A stretch of 64,000 bases of DNA from an uncultured Chloroflexia bacterium (GTDB lineage Bacteria > Chloroflexota > Limnocylindria > Limnocylindrales > CSP1-4): the NCBI GenBank assembly GCA_963819655.1, contig CAWFXA010000003.1:608001-672000 (forward strand). Direction: 5' to 3'. Positions within the stretch are counted from its first letter, which is position 1, and every line of letters begins with the position of its first letter. This document shows positions 19,015-28,779 of this stretch, piece after piece. A model generated the notes under the pieces. That model searched no databases. It was given only the letters and a program-made list of their open reading frames with translations, and was not told where the DNA came from. A program made the position numbers and the translations under genes.

Positions 19015-19077
19015 GTGTCGGAGTGTACGGACTGCGATGCGACCACGACGACACGGCCATGCGGCACCATGAGCACC

Positions 19078-19791
19078 ATGACGACGCAGATCGAGCCGGC
19101 TCATATCGCCGCCTCGCCGGTCCCACCGGCCAGTCCGGCATCACCTCCGACGCCGGCCGATGTCGCATGGGTGGCCGCCATCACCGCGGCCAAGGCGTGC
19201 GTCGTCGCACTGGCCCTCGACGCGTTCCTCAACTCGAGCTCTCCGCGGTACAGCGGCAAGGCGATGCGCATCAGGGCCATCGGCTACGCCGGGGGAATGC
19301 TGCTCGTGCCGATCGCCTGGCGGCTGCGCGGCCGTCCCCAACCATATCCGCGCGAGCTCGACATGGCCGTGACACTGCCGCTGCTGGTCGATGCCGGGGG
19401 AAACGCGATCGGCATCTACCAGCGCGCGCACGTCGACGACCTGATCCACTTCGCCGACGGCGCCACAGTGGCGTCAGTAGTCGGTGCGCTCGCGACACCA
19501 CGGGTGAAGACCTCGTGGGAAGCGGCCGGGGTCGCGACCATGGCCGGCATCGCGGCCGCCGGGCTGTGGGAGATCGGCGAGTGGGTCGGCTTGAAACTCG
19601 GCGCGAAAGGCATGGACCTGACGTACGACGACACCATCACCGACCTCGCCGAGACCGCGGCCGGAGCGCTGCTCGGCGGCGTCGTGACGCTACTTCGGCA
19701 CCCGTCGCGCCTGCGCAAGGTGCCGGGGCGTCCCACGGACCCCGTTGTGAAACTCTCCAAGGACGGCGAGCCGGCTCCTAACGAAAAGTGA
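19078..19791 (+). CDS. Hypothetical membrane protein (DUF2238/VanZ-like)
   Basis: DDLIHF, LWEIGEW, YDDTITDL motifs in TM context. Confidence 0.65.
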   Translation: MTTQIEPAHIAASPVPPASPASPPTPADVAWVAAITAAKACVVALALDAFLNSSSPRYSGKAMRIRAIGYAGGMLLVPIAWRLRGRPQPYPRELDMAVTLPLLVDAGGNAIGIYQRAHVDDLIHFADGATVASVVGALATPRVKTSWEAAGVATMAGIAAAGLWEIGEWVGLKLGAKGMDLTYDDTITDLAETAAGALLGGVVTLLRHPSRLRKVPGRPTDPVVKLSKDGEPAPNEK

Positions 19792-19842
19792 ACCATGTCG
19801 GTTCCTGAAGCGCCTAACCATGTGGGACACGGAGGTGACGGC

Positions 19843-20544
19843 ATGACCACAGACGCTGCACTGATGGACCGTGCGGATTGGCTGGCTGAGCGTCGCGCTG
19901 CAGTCAAGGCCCAGTACGACTCAGAGGCGCCCGACTACGACGACAACCCCTACCCCACGACTTCCCACGCCGCGTTCGTCGCCCGTCTGCTCGACACCTG
20001 CCCGCCCGACGGCCTCGTGCTGGATGCGCCATGCGGCACCGGGCCGTACTTCGCCCAGGTCCGCGCTGCCGGTCGGCGCGTCGTCGGCATCGACCAATCA
20101 GCCGGCATGCTCGAACAGGCCCGCTCGAAGGGCCTTGCCGACCGACTCGAGAACGTGGGGCTCCAGGAGATGTCGTTCACGGGTGACTTCGACGGGTCGA
20201 TGACGATCGACGCCATGGAGAACGTGTCACCCGAGGACTGGCCGGTCGTCCTGGCCAGCCTGCATCGAGCCGTCAAGCCCAGTGGGCATCTGTACATCAC
20301 GGTCGAAGAGGTTCCCGACGCGGACATCGACGCAGGCTTCGCCGACGGCCGGTCGAAGCGCCTTCCGCTCGTTCGCGGTGAAGTCATCGAAGGCGACACG
20401 GCCGGCTACCACTACTACCCGGGTCGCGCCCAGGTGGGCGCGTGGCTGATGGCCGAGGGCCTGGAGATGGTCGCCGAGGCGTCCGACTGGGAGGATGGCT
20501 GGGGCTACTGGCACCTTCTCGTGCGATCCCGCGCGCCTGGGTAG
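19843..20544 (+). CDS. Class I SAM-dependent methyltransferase
   Basis: VLDAPCGTG, GIDQSAGML, VKPSGHLYI; GGAGGT RBS. Confidence 0.85.
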   Translation: MTTDAALMDRADWLAERRAAVKAQYDSEAPDYDDNPYPTTSHAAFVARLLDTCPPDGLVLDAPCGTGPYFAQVRAAGRRVVGIDQSAGMLEQARSKGLADRLENVGLQEMSFTGDFDGSMTIDAMENVSPEDWPVVLASLHRAVKPSGHLYITVEEVPDADIDAGFADGRSKRLPLVRGEVIEGDTAGYHYYPGRAQVGAWLMAEGLEMVAEASDWEDGWGYWHLLVRSRAPG

Positions 20545-20555
20545 TCTTCACGCGG

Positions 20556-21065
20556 CTAGGTCGACCGGAAGGGGTCGAATTCTGTAGCGCGGGCCATCGC
20601 TTCCACGTACTCCGGCATCGCCCACCGACGCTCGAGATCAGCCGGGTCGACGTCCTCGATGCGGGCCATCACCCACCACAGGTTGCCGAGCGGGTCGCGG
20701 ATCCGGCCGGCGCGGTCGCCCCATGGCATGTTCCCCAGGGCTGTGACCGATTCGCCGCCCGCGCGGATCGCCCGCTCGAAGGTCGCGTCGGCGTCAGGCA
20801 CATAGATCCGGAGGAAGGCAGGCGTCTCGGGCCAGTGCGGCCGCGCGTCGAACGCGAGCACAACCGATTCACCGACGAAGAATTCGGCATGGCCGATCGA
20901 GCCATCTTCGTTCGTGACGCGGCCGATCTCCTTGGCGCCGAATGCCGACTCGGCGAATCGGATCACCCTCTCCGTATCGCGCGAGATGATCCACGGGCAG
21001 ATCGTTCCGTAGGGCTCCGGGACGCTCGGGTCGCGCGCGGGCTTGGTCGTTTCTGGGGTGCCCAT
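20556..21065 (-). CDS. VOC family (PhnB-like glyoxalase) protein
   Basis: GSIGHAEF, IYVPDADATF, PWGDRAGRIRDPLGNLWW; GAAGGAG RBS. Confidence 0.85.
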   Translation of the reverse strand: MGTPETTKPARDPSVPEPYGTICPWIISRDTERVIRFAESAFGAKEIGRVTNEDGSIGHAEFFVGESVVLAFDARPHWPETPAFLRIYVPDADATFERAIRAGGESVTALGNMPWGDRAGRIRDPLGNLWWVMARIEDVDPADLERRWAMPEYVEAMARATEFDPFRST

Positions 21066-21111
21066 CTGGCTCCTTCGATGAGGTCGATTTGACACTCCGG
21101 ATGCTATCGGC

Positions 21112-21138
21112 TAACTAGGTCAGATTCGGTCCTAGTTA
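21112..21138. promoter_or_regulatory. Inverted-repeat operator between the divergent VOC and WYL regulator genes
   Basis: TAACTAGG-N11-CCTAGTTA, perfect 8-bp arms. Confidence 0.65.
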
Positions 21139-21155
21139 TCGTGGAGAATCTGTCT

Positions 21156-22181
21156 ATGAGCACGTCTTCCCGGCTGCTCGCCCTCCTCTCGCTGCTCCAG
21201 ACACCGCGCTCGTGGTCGGGCGGCGAGCTCGCAGCCCGGCTGGAGGTGAGTCGACGCACCGTGCGTCGCGACGTGGATCGGCTTCGCGATCTGGGCTATC
21301 CCGTCGAGGGCACCCTCGGCGCTGACGGGGGTTATCGCCTGGGGGCTGGGAGCGACGTGCCGCCGCTCCTGCTCGATGACGACGAGGCGGTCGCGATCGT
21401 CATCGGGCTTCGGACGGCTGCGATCCAGGCAGTCGCTGGGATCGATGAGGCCTCCGCCCGGGCGCTGGCCAAGCTCGAGCAGGTGCTGCCCGCCCGGCTT
21501 CGAACTCGGTTCGAGGGGCTGCGCGCGGCGACATCGCACATCGACTGGTCGCAGGCTCCGAGCGTCGACCCGGCCGTCCTGACGGTCGCCGCCCGGGCCA
21601 TCAGCGGCCGAGAGCAGCTCCGATTCACCTACCTGACCCCGACCAGAGCGTCCGGACGGCGGTCGGTCGAGCCGCGCGCACTGGTCGTCCTCGGGCGGCG
21701 TTGGTATCTCGTCGCGTGGGACCAGGATCGCCAGGACTGGCGGATCTTCCGGGTCGACCGGATGATGGATCCATGGTCGACGGGCAGGCCGCTGCCGGAG
21801 CGCGAGCTACCCGGCGGAGCGGATCCCGCGACGTACGTCAGGGACAACCAGCTCAGCCTGGCGCCGACCTATCGGATGGTGGCGACACTCGATGCGCCCA
21901 TGAGGCGCGTCGCGGCTGCGGCCGGTGGCGCTGCCGAACTCGAGCCGGTCGACGCCAGTCGCACCCGGATCACCATCGACGGCGACACGCTCGAGTGGCT
22001 GGCGTTCCGGCTCATCCTCCTCGACTGCGACTTCGAGATCCACGAGCCGCCCGAGCTCGAGGAGTACCTGGGAAGGCTGGCTCAGCGGCTGGCCAGGCGA
22101 GGCTCGCAGACCGGGCGCCCTAGGCGGGGACGCCCTCGTAGGCCTCGCGCAGCTTCTCCACGTCGATCTTCTCCATCTTGA
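21156..22181 (+). CDS. YafY-family HTH-WYL transcriptional regulator; C-terminus possibly frameshifted, natural stop 22123
   Basis: RLLALLSLLQ, RTVRRDVDRLRDLGYPV, GGYRL, RRWYLVAWD, WRIFRVDR. Confidence 0.9.
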   Translation: MSTSSRLLALLSLLQTPRSWSGGELAARLEVSRRTVRRDVDRLRDLGYPVEGTLGADGGYRLGAGSDVPPLLLDDDEAVAIVIGLRTAAIQAVAGIDEASARALAKLEQVLPARLRTRFEGLRAATSHIDWSQAPSVDPAVLTVAARAISGREQLRFTYLTPTRASGRRSVEPRALVVLGRRWYLVAWDQDRQDWRIFRVDRMMDPWSTGRPLPERELPGGADPATYVRDNQLSLAPTYRMVATLDAPMRRVAAAAGGAAELEPVDASRTRITIDGDTLEWLAFRLILLDCDFEIHEPPELEEYLGRLAQRLARRGSQTGRPRRGRPRRPRAASPRRSSPS

Positions 22182-22605
22182 GCATGGCTTCCATCGCTCG
22201 GGCCGCGGCTGCTCGGTCGTCGCTCTCGAGCATCTCGTTGAGCTGGCGCGGGACGACCTGCCACGAGACACCGAACCGGTCCTTGAGCCAGCCGCAGACG
22301 CTGTGCTCGCCGCCGCCCTGGACGAGAGCGTCCCAGTAGCGATCGACTTCCGCTTGGTCCTTGCAATCGATCGTAAAGGACACGGCTTCGTTGAACGTGA
22401 ACTCGGGGCCCCCGTTCAGGCCGATGAATGGGGAGCCATCGAGGGTGTACTCGACGGTGAGGACGGCACCCGCCGGCGTGCTCGGGTTGTCGGCCGCGGA
22501 GCGAACGACCTTGTCGATCCTGCTGTTCGGGAACAGGGACGTGTAGAAGCTAGCGGCGTCCTCCGCTTGGTTATCGAACCAGAGGCATGGAGTGATCGTG
22601 GGCAT
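22120..22605 (-). CDS. VOC family protein (3-demethylubiquinone-9 3-methyltransferase-like / PhnB)
   Basis: ITPCLWFDNQAEDAA, LNGGPEFTFNEAVS, CGWLKDRFGVSWQVVP. Confidence 0.9.
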   Translation of the reverse strand: MPTITPCLWFDNQAEDAASFYTSLFPNSRIDKVVRSAADNPSTPAGAVLTVEYTLDGSPFIGLNGGPEFTFNEAVSFTIDCKDQAEVDRYWDALVQGGGEHSVCGWLKDRFGVSWQVVPRQLNEMLESDDRAAAARAMEAMLKMEKIDVEKLREAYEGVPA

Positions 22606-22742
22606 CGGGCTTCCTCCTTCAGCGATATCGAGGGCGGACTGTAAGCCTGAACGATGGATCGTCGAGGTTGCGCCAGCGCCCTGCGGCGGCGGGGTTGCAG
22701 GTCCCTTTCGGGTGCATCGCAACTGCTTCCGTCGGGCATGCT

Positions 22743-22947
22743 GCTGACCGGGAGTCAACGTTCTCCGTACGAGGCCGCGTTGGAGCTACTCCCGGTCGCC
22801 AACCGCTGACTGGGAGTCAACGATCGCGTCGTCGAGGCGGCGAACCAGACCGGTTACGGCCCAAAACGATGACCGACGGTCAGCGCCAGCCCGCCAAGGT
22901 CCGATCGGATCCGCCATACGGCCCAAAACGATGACCGACGGTCAGCG
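22743..22947. repeat. Cluster of four REP-like units (two direct on +, two direct on -)
   Basis: GCTGAC[C/T]GGGAGTCAACG at 22743 and 22805; identical 31-mer TACGGCCCAAAACGATGACCGACGGTCAGCG at 22855-22885 and 22917-22947. Confidence 0.75.
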
Positions 22948-25207
22948 TTGCGCCGCGGCCGGCTCCCGCCCCCGGAGATACTCCCCGGTGAGTGACCCCG
23001 GCGCGTCGAGCAGCTCGGTGGGCGTGCCGGTGAAGACGATCTGGCCTCCCCGGCTGCCGCCTTCGGGCCCCAAATCGATGATCCAGTCGGCATTGCGGAT
23101 GACGTCGAGGTTGTGCTCGATGACGATCACGGTGTTGCCGCCGTCGACCAGGCGATCGAGCATCGCCAGCAGGTGGCTCGTGTCGGACATATGGAGCCCG
23201 GTCGTCGGCTCGTCCAGGACGTAGATGTTGCCCTTCCTGTGGAGCTCGCTGGCCATCTTGATGCGCTGGCACTCGCCGCCCGACAGCGTGCTGAGCGGCT
23301 GGCCGAGCGTGAGGTAGTCGAGACCGACGTCGCTCATGGCCTGCAGCTTGCGGACGATCTCGCGCTGGGTGAACGCGTCGAGGGCGTGCGCCACTGTCAG
23401 CCCGAGGACTTCGCTCACGTTCCGCCCGTCCAGCCTGTACTCGAGGACCTCGTCCTTGAACCGCCGGCCCTGACAGACCTCGCACGGGGTCTTGATGCCG
23501 TCGAAGAACCCGAGATCGGTGTAGATCACGCCCGAGCCCTTGCAGTTCTCGCAGGCGCCCTTCGAGTTGAAGCTGAATAGCCCGGCATCGACCTTGTTGG
23601 CCGTCGCGAACGCCTTGCGGATGTCGTCCATGACGCCGGTGTATGTCGCAGGGTTCGAGCGCGACGAGACGCCGACGGCCGACTGATCGATGACGATCGC
23701 CTCGGGGCGATCGGGCAGGAACACGCCGTCGATGAGCGAGCTCTTGCCGGAGCCGGCAACGCCGGTCACGACCGTGAGGACCGCCGTCGGGATATCGACA
23801 TCGACGCCCTTGAGGTTGTTCTCGCGCGCGTCGCGGATCGGCAGCCAGTCCGTCGGCGTGCGGACCCGCTCCTTGATCGGCAGCGAGCGATCGAGGTACC
23901 GGCCGGTCAGCGTGTCGGTGTGGCGGAGGTCGGCGAACGAGCCTTCGAACACGACCTCGCCCCCGGCGTCGCCGGCGCCTGGGCCCATGTCGATGAGGTG
24001 GTCGGCGACACGCATCACGTCCGGATCGTGCTCGACGACGATCACGGTGTTGCCCTTGTCGCGCAGCTTCTGGAGCAGTTCGTTCAGCCGATGCACGTCC
24101 CGCGGATGAAGGCCGATGCTGGGCTCGTCGAGGATGTACATCGCGTCGACCAGGCTGCTGCCAAGGTGCTTCACCATCTTGATGCGCTGCGACTCGCCGC
24201 CCGACAGCGTGTCGGTCTCGCGGTCGAGGCTGAGATAGTCGAGCCCGATGTCGACCATGGCCTGGAGGCGCTCGACGAGACTGGCGACGATCGGCTCGGC
24301 GACCGGATCGGTGAACAAGCGCACAAGAGCGATCAGGTCGCCCACCTCCATGGAGGCGAGCTCGGCGATGTTGTGGCCGTCGATCTTGGACCCGAGGGCC
24401 GCCTGGCTGAGGCGGGCGCCGTGGCATAGCGGACACGTCCTGAGGCGGAGGTACGGCGCGACGGCCTTCTGGGTCCGCTCGGGTCGGGTCTTGATGTCGC
24501 GCCGGACGTAGTCGCGCTCGAACTTCTCGAGGACGCCGAGGTACGAGGCGTTCATCGTCTTGTCGCCGATCCGCAACTTGTACTTGCGGTCCTTCCCCCA
24601 CAGCAGGAGGTCCATCTCCTCAGCACGTGAAATCGGACAGCTTCTTGTCGTTGTCGAAGAAGCCCGACGCGGTGTACTGCCCGACCTCCCAGTCGCCCCA
24701 CACGGGGACCTGGACGGCTCCCTCGTTGAGCGACTTCGACATATCGAGGAAGTCGTCCGACACGACGCCGACCTTCCTGCCGAGGCCATTGCACTCGGGG
24801 CACATGCCTTGCGGATCGTTGAAGGAGAACGCGTTCGAATAGCCGACGGACGGCTTGCCCACGCGTGAGAACAGCAGCCGCAGCAGCGTGAAGATGTCGG
24901 TGATCGTCCCGACTGTCGAGGTCGAGCCACCGCCGAGCCGCTTCTGGTCGACGATGACCGCCATGCTCAGGTTCTCGATCGCGTCGGCCTCGGGCTGTGG
25001 ATACCGCGGCAGGAAGCTGCGGACGAAGAACGTAAAGTTCTCGTACAGCTGGCGCTGCGCCTCGGTGGCGATCGTGTCGAACACGACCGAAGACTTCCCG
25101 GAGCCCGACACACCGGTGAAGATCGTGATCTCGCGCTTCGGGATGCGCAGCGAGATGTCCTTGAGGTTGTTCTCGCGGGCGCCGCGAACCTGGATGTACT
25201 CGGTCAT
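22942..25207 (-). pseudogene. uvrA: UvrA-like (class II UvrA / DrrC-type) ABC ATPase, split by a +1 frameshift near 24625 (probably a sequencing indel)
   Basis: GARENNLK, TGVSGSGKSS, CPECNG, LSGGESQRIK, DEPSIGLH, TGVAGSGKSS, LSGGECQR, DEPTTGLH across ORFs 24620-25207 and 22942-24930. Confidence 0.85.
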
Positions 25208-25349
25208 GGCCTAAGGCTACCGAACTTGGGTTTGCCCGGGCGGCAGGTTCGCGGCGGTAGTGCCAAGGCCCCCCGACCTGCAACGCCGCCGTGACGGGCC
25301 GATCCGTCACGAACCTCCGCACCGCCGAGATTGGCGCTACGGTGGACGG

Positions 25350-27062
25350 GTGAGCCGGATCGCACCATCGGATCTGCGCGCGCTCGTCGATCGCCTGGGG
25401 GCCCTCTCGGAGCGCCGGATGGCCACGCTGCCGCGCACCGAGTCGGCCGCGGCGAGAGCACGGCAGCTTGCCGATCACCTCGCCGGGCACGTCCGGGTTC
25501 GCGCCGCGACCCTCGACGCGCCGCTGCTCGTGGTGCTGGTCGGACCGACCGGCGCCGGCAAGAGCACGGTCTTCAACACGATCGCCGGTCGGTCGGCGAG
25601 CGAGACCGGCGTCCTGCGCCCGACGACCCGGGTCGCGGTCGTCCTCGTCCATCCCGAGGATCGCGAAGCCGTGGTCGCCGGAGCCTTCGCACGGATCCCG
25701 CCGGGTCAGATGCGGTTCGTCGAGGACCCGTCGATCGAGCCGGGGCTGGTGCTGGTCGACGCGCCCGACATCGATTCGGTCGAGCACGCCAATCGTGAGC
25801 TCGCCGATCGCCTGGTCGAGGCGGCCGATCTGTGCCTCTTCGTGACGACCGCGACCCGCTATGCGGACCGCGTACCGTGGGCAGTGCTCGACCGCGTCCG
25901 CGAGCGGGGTCTCCCGCTGCAGGTGATCGTCAACCGGATGCCCGCCGACGCCACGGATCAGGCCGAGGTCCTGGCCGACGTCCGTCGGATGCTGATCGAC
26001 GCCAGACTCGACGAGGCCCAGACGGTGGGCGAGGACGCCCCGCCGCGTGAGGTGATCGCGGTCAGCGAGGGTGCGCTCGACGACACTGGCGACCAGCTGG
26101 AGCGATCCACGATCGCGCCCGTTCTCGATGAGATCGGTCGGCTCCGGGCGGACCGCGATGCGCGGCTGGCGCTGGCTCTCCGGGCGCTGACCGGGTCGCT
26201 GACCGGTCTCGGCGAGAGCCTGGACCGGATCGCCGACGACGCCGAGCACGAAGCGATCGACACGGAGGCGCTCCGCCGCACCGCCGATCGCGCCTACGAG
26301 AGCTCCATGACCTCCCTTCGTCAGGAGGTCGGTCGCGGGACCTTCTTGCGCGAGGAGGCCCTGCGCCACTGGCAGGACTTCGTGGGTGCTGACCAGATGA
26401 CGCGCTTCTTCTCGGAAGGCATCGGCCGGATCCGGGGGGCGATCGCGGCCGTGTTCCGGCCTGTCACGGCGCCCGTTGCCGAGGTCCGTGCGGCCACGAC
26501 CGAGGACCTCATCGCGGTCGCGCGGCTGCAGGCGGCCGAAGCCGCACGGCGGACGGCGACGGCCTGGTCCGATGCACCGGCCGTCGGCCGGGCACTCGCC
26601 GAACGACCGGAGCTGTGGGTCCCCTCCCCCGATTTCGGGGCCCGCTTGAGCGCTCGCCTCCAGGCATGGATCGAGGGCATCGTGATCGACATCCAGACAC
26701 ACGGCCGTCCGAAACGCCTGCTCGCTCGCGGTGCCGCGGTCGGTGTCAACGCGATGGGGACCGGCGTGATGCTCGCCACGTTCATCCACACCGGCGGGAT
26801 CACCGGGACGGAGCTCGGGGTTGCCGCGGCCACGGCGTTCCTCAATCAGAAGCTGCTCGCAGCCCTGTTCGGCGAAGCGGCCATGGCCGAGCTCGTTGCC
26901 GACGCGAAGCGCCGGCTGGACGAGGCGTTGAGCACGACATTCGACGAGGAGCGGGCGCGCTACGACCAGCTCCTGCCGGGCCCGGGCGTACTGAGCGACA
27001 TCGCCGAGGGTCTGCGCGCGGCCGCGGCCGAGGTGCGAGCGCTGCCCAGTCCGGCCGGATGA
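25350..27062 (+). CDS. Dynamin-like / TRAFAC GTPase (partner 1)
   Basis: GPTGAGKST, LRPTT, LVDAPDIDS, IVNRM, long helical stalk with a hydrophobic segment; TACGGT-N6-GTG. Confidence 0.8.
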   Translation: MSRIAPSDLRALVDRLGALSERRMATLPRTESAAARARQLADHLAGHVRVRAATLDAPLLVVLVGPTGAGKSTVFNTIAGRSASETGVLRPTTRVAVVLVHPEDREAVVAGAFARIPPGQMRFVEDPSIEPGLVLVDAPDIDSVEHANRELADRLVEAADLCLFVTTATRYADRVPWAVLDRVRERGLPLQVIVNRMPADATDQAEVLADVRRMLIDARLDEAQTVGEDAPPREVIAVSEGALDDTGDQLERSTIAPVLDEIGRLRADRDARLALALRALTGSLTGLGESLDRIADDAEHEAIDTEALRRTADRAYESSMTSLRQEVGRGTFLREEALRHWQDFVGADQMTRFFSEGIGRIRGAIAAVFRPVTAPVAEVRAATTEDLIAVARLQAAEAARRTATAWSDAPAVGRALAERPELWVPSPDFGARLSARLQAWIEGIVIDIQTHGRPKRLLARGAAVGVNAMGTGVMLATFIHTGGITGTELGVAAATAFLNQKLLAALFGEAAMAELVADAKRRLDEALSTTFDEERARYDQLLPGPGVLSDIAEGLRAAAAEVRALPSPAG

Positions 27063-28714
27063 CACGCAAACAGGTGACGCCGCCCCTCGCCGAGGCGGCA
27101 GATCCCCTCCGGCGATGCCTCGCGACCCTCATCGACGCGGCCGACGCGGCCGACGTTTTCGGCGTCTCGAGCGACCGGGCACGGGCGGTCCACGCGGACG
27201 CCTCCCAGCGGCTTGGCTTCCCGTCGGACGCCTACGTGCTGGCATTGGTCGGCGGGACGGGCGTCGGGAAATCGAGCCTGCTGAATGCCCTGGCCGGTAC
27301 GACGGTGAGCACAGCGTCGGTCCGGCGGCCGACGACGAACGAACCTGTCGCATGGGTCCCGGCAGCTGATCGCGATGGGCTCGTGCCACTGCTCGCCTGG
27401 CTCGGCGTCGACGACATCCGCGAGCATGAGGCCGACGGCCTGCGTTCGGTCGCCATCCTGGACCTCCCGGACATGGATTCGGTCGAGACCACGCACAGGG
27501 AACGGGTCGAAGCCGTCCTCCCGAAGGTCGATGCCGTCGCATGGGTGACAGACCTCGAGAAATACCACGACGCCGTTCTGCACGACACTTTCCTCCGAAC
27601 GTGGGTCCCGCGGCTGGACCGTCAGGCCGTGATCGTCAACAAGGCCGACCGACTTGCCGACGACGACCGGTCGCGGATCCGACGCGACCTCGAAGCTGAT
27701 ATGGGCCGACGCCTGACCGCGGGCGGTCGAGAGGCCGTGCCGGTCCTCTTGACGACCGCCGCTCCGGCGCCGGATGTCGACGAACTCCGGGCGTGGCTGG
27801 TGGAGGGGGCGGCCGCCAAGGCCGTCGTGCGGGCGCGGGTCGCGGCGACGATCGTGGACCTGGCACGCGAACTGGCCGCCGACGCCGGCATCGACCCGGA
27901 CAGACCCGTCACGCCGTTCTTGTCCCCGGATGCACGAACGAAGGCGACCGAGGACGCCATCCGCGCGGTCCTGCGGGCCGTGGATCTGCCTGGCCTGGAG
28001 CGCCAGGCCGTGGCGGCGACGCGGGCCCGCGCCAGGGCGCGCGGCACCGGTCCGATGGGCCGCCTGACATCGCTCGTCTACCAGCTCTCAGGGCGCGAGA
28101 CCAAAGTGGCCGATCCGACCGGCTTCCTCGTGCGCTGGCGGGACCGGGGGCCGCTCTCCCCCGCCGTCGAATCACTCAGGGGCGCACTCGGTTCAGCGCT
28201 CGCGGATGCGAGCCCGACCGTGCGACCGGCACTCGCCGCGTCGCTGGAGCCCAACGAGCTTCGGCAGGGGCTCGAGCGGTCGGTCGACCGCGCCCTCGCC
28301 AATCTCGATCGTCTCGAGGCGCCGTCGAGTCGTTGGTGGTCGCTCTTCGGCCTGCTGCAGACACTCGCGACCGTTGCGATCGCCGTCTCCGCGGCGTGGG
28401 TCGTCCTGTGGATCCTGGCGCGGCCACCGGTCGACTCCGTTGATCTGCCGCTCATCGGGACCGTGCCGATCCCGTTCGTGGCGCTGATCGCCTCGATCTT
28501 CGTGGGCTACGTCCTCGCCCGCGCACTGGGTCTGCACGCCGGCTGGGTGGGCCGGCGCTGGGCGCATCGAGTGCGCGACCGAGTCGCCACCTCCGTCCGC
28601 CGCGAGATCAGGGAACGAGGATTGGGCCCGCTCGATGCACTCGAAGACGCTCGGAAGCGGTTGTCGACTGCTGTCGCGTTGCTGATCGGGGAGTGCGGCC
28701 GCTCACGAGGCTAG
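27059..28714 (+). CDS. Dynamin-like GTPase (partner 2) with two C-terminal TM helices
   Basis: GGTGVGKSS, RRPTT, ILDLPDMDS, IVNKAD; ATGA overlap with partner 1. Confidence 0.8.
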   Translation: MTRKQVTPPLAEAADPLRRCLATLIDAADAADVFGVSSDRARAVHADASQRLGFPSDAYVLALVGGTGVGKSSLLNALAGTTVSTASVRRPTTNEPVAWVPAADRDGLVPLLAWLGVDDIREHEADGLRSVAILDLPDMDSVETTHRERVEAVLPKVDAVAWVTDLEKYHDAVLHDTFLRTWVPRLDRQAVIVNKADRLADDDRSRIRRDLEADMGRRLTAGGREAVPVLLTTAAPAPDVDELRAWLVEGAAAKAVVRARVAATIVDLARELAADAGIDPDRPVTPFLSPDARTKATEDAIRAVLRAVDLPGLERQAVAATRARARARGTGPMGRLTSLVYQLSGRETKVADPTGFLVRWRDRGPLSPAVESLRGALGSALADASPTVRPALAASLEPNELRQGLERSVDRALANLDRLEAPSSRWWSLFGLLQTLATVAIAVSAAWVVLWILARPPVDSVDLPLIGTVPIPFVALIASIFVGYVLARALGLHAGWVGRRWAHRVRDRVATSVRREIRERGLGPLDALEDARKRLSTAVALLIGECGRSRG

Positions 28715-28779
28715 ATACGTAAGAGCGGCGCTTCGGGTCCTCCCGAGCAACGCCGCCTCGGTCCAGGTTCGCGGCGCGA

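Noticed and set aside
22855-22947. Mini CRISPR array (31-bp repeat, 31-bp spacer, 31-bp repeat)
   Set aside because: Only two repeats, no cas genes or AT-rich leader, one copy overlaps the uvrA2 stop, and related inverted copies lie next to it, which fits a REP-like cluster better.
24552-27065. Long antisense and alternate-frame ORFs (837 aa here; also 9905-11359, 45869-47974, 57181-58788, 61245-63098)
   Set aside because: Shadow ORFs of high-GC coding sequence: Arg/Gly/Pro-rich, motif-free, and fully overlapping well-supported genes.
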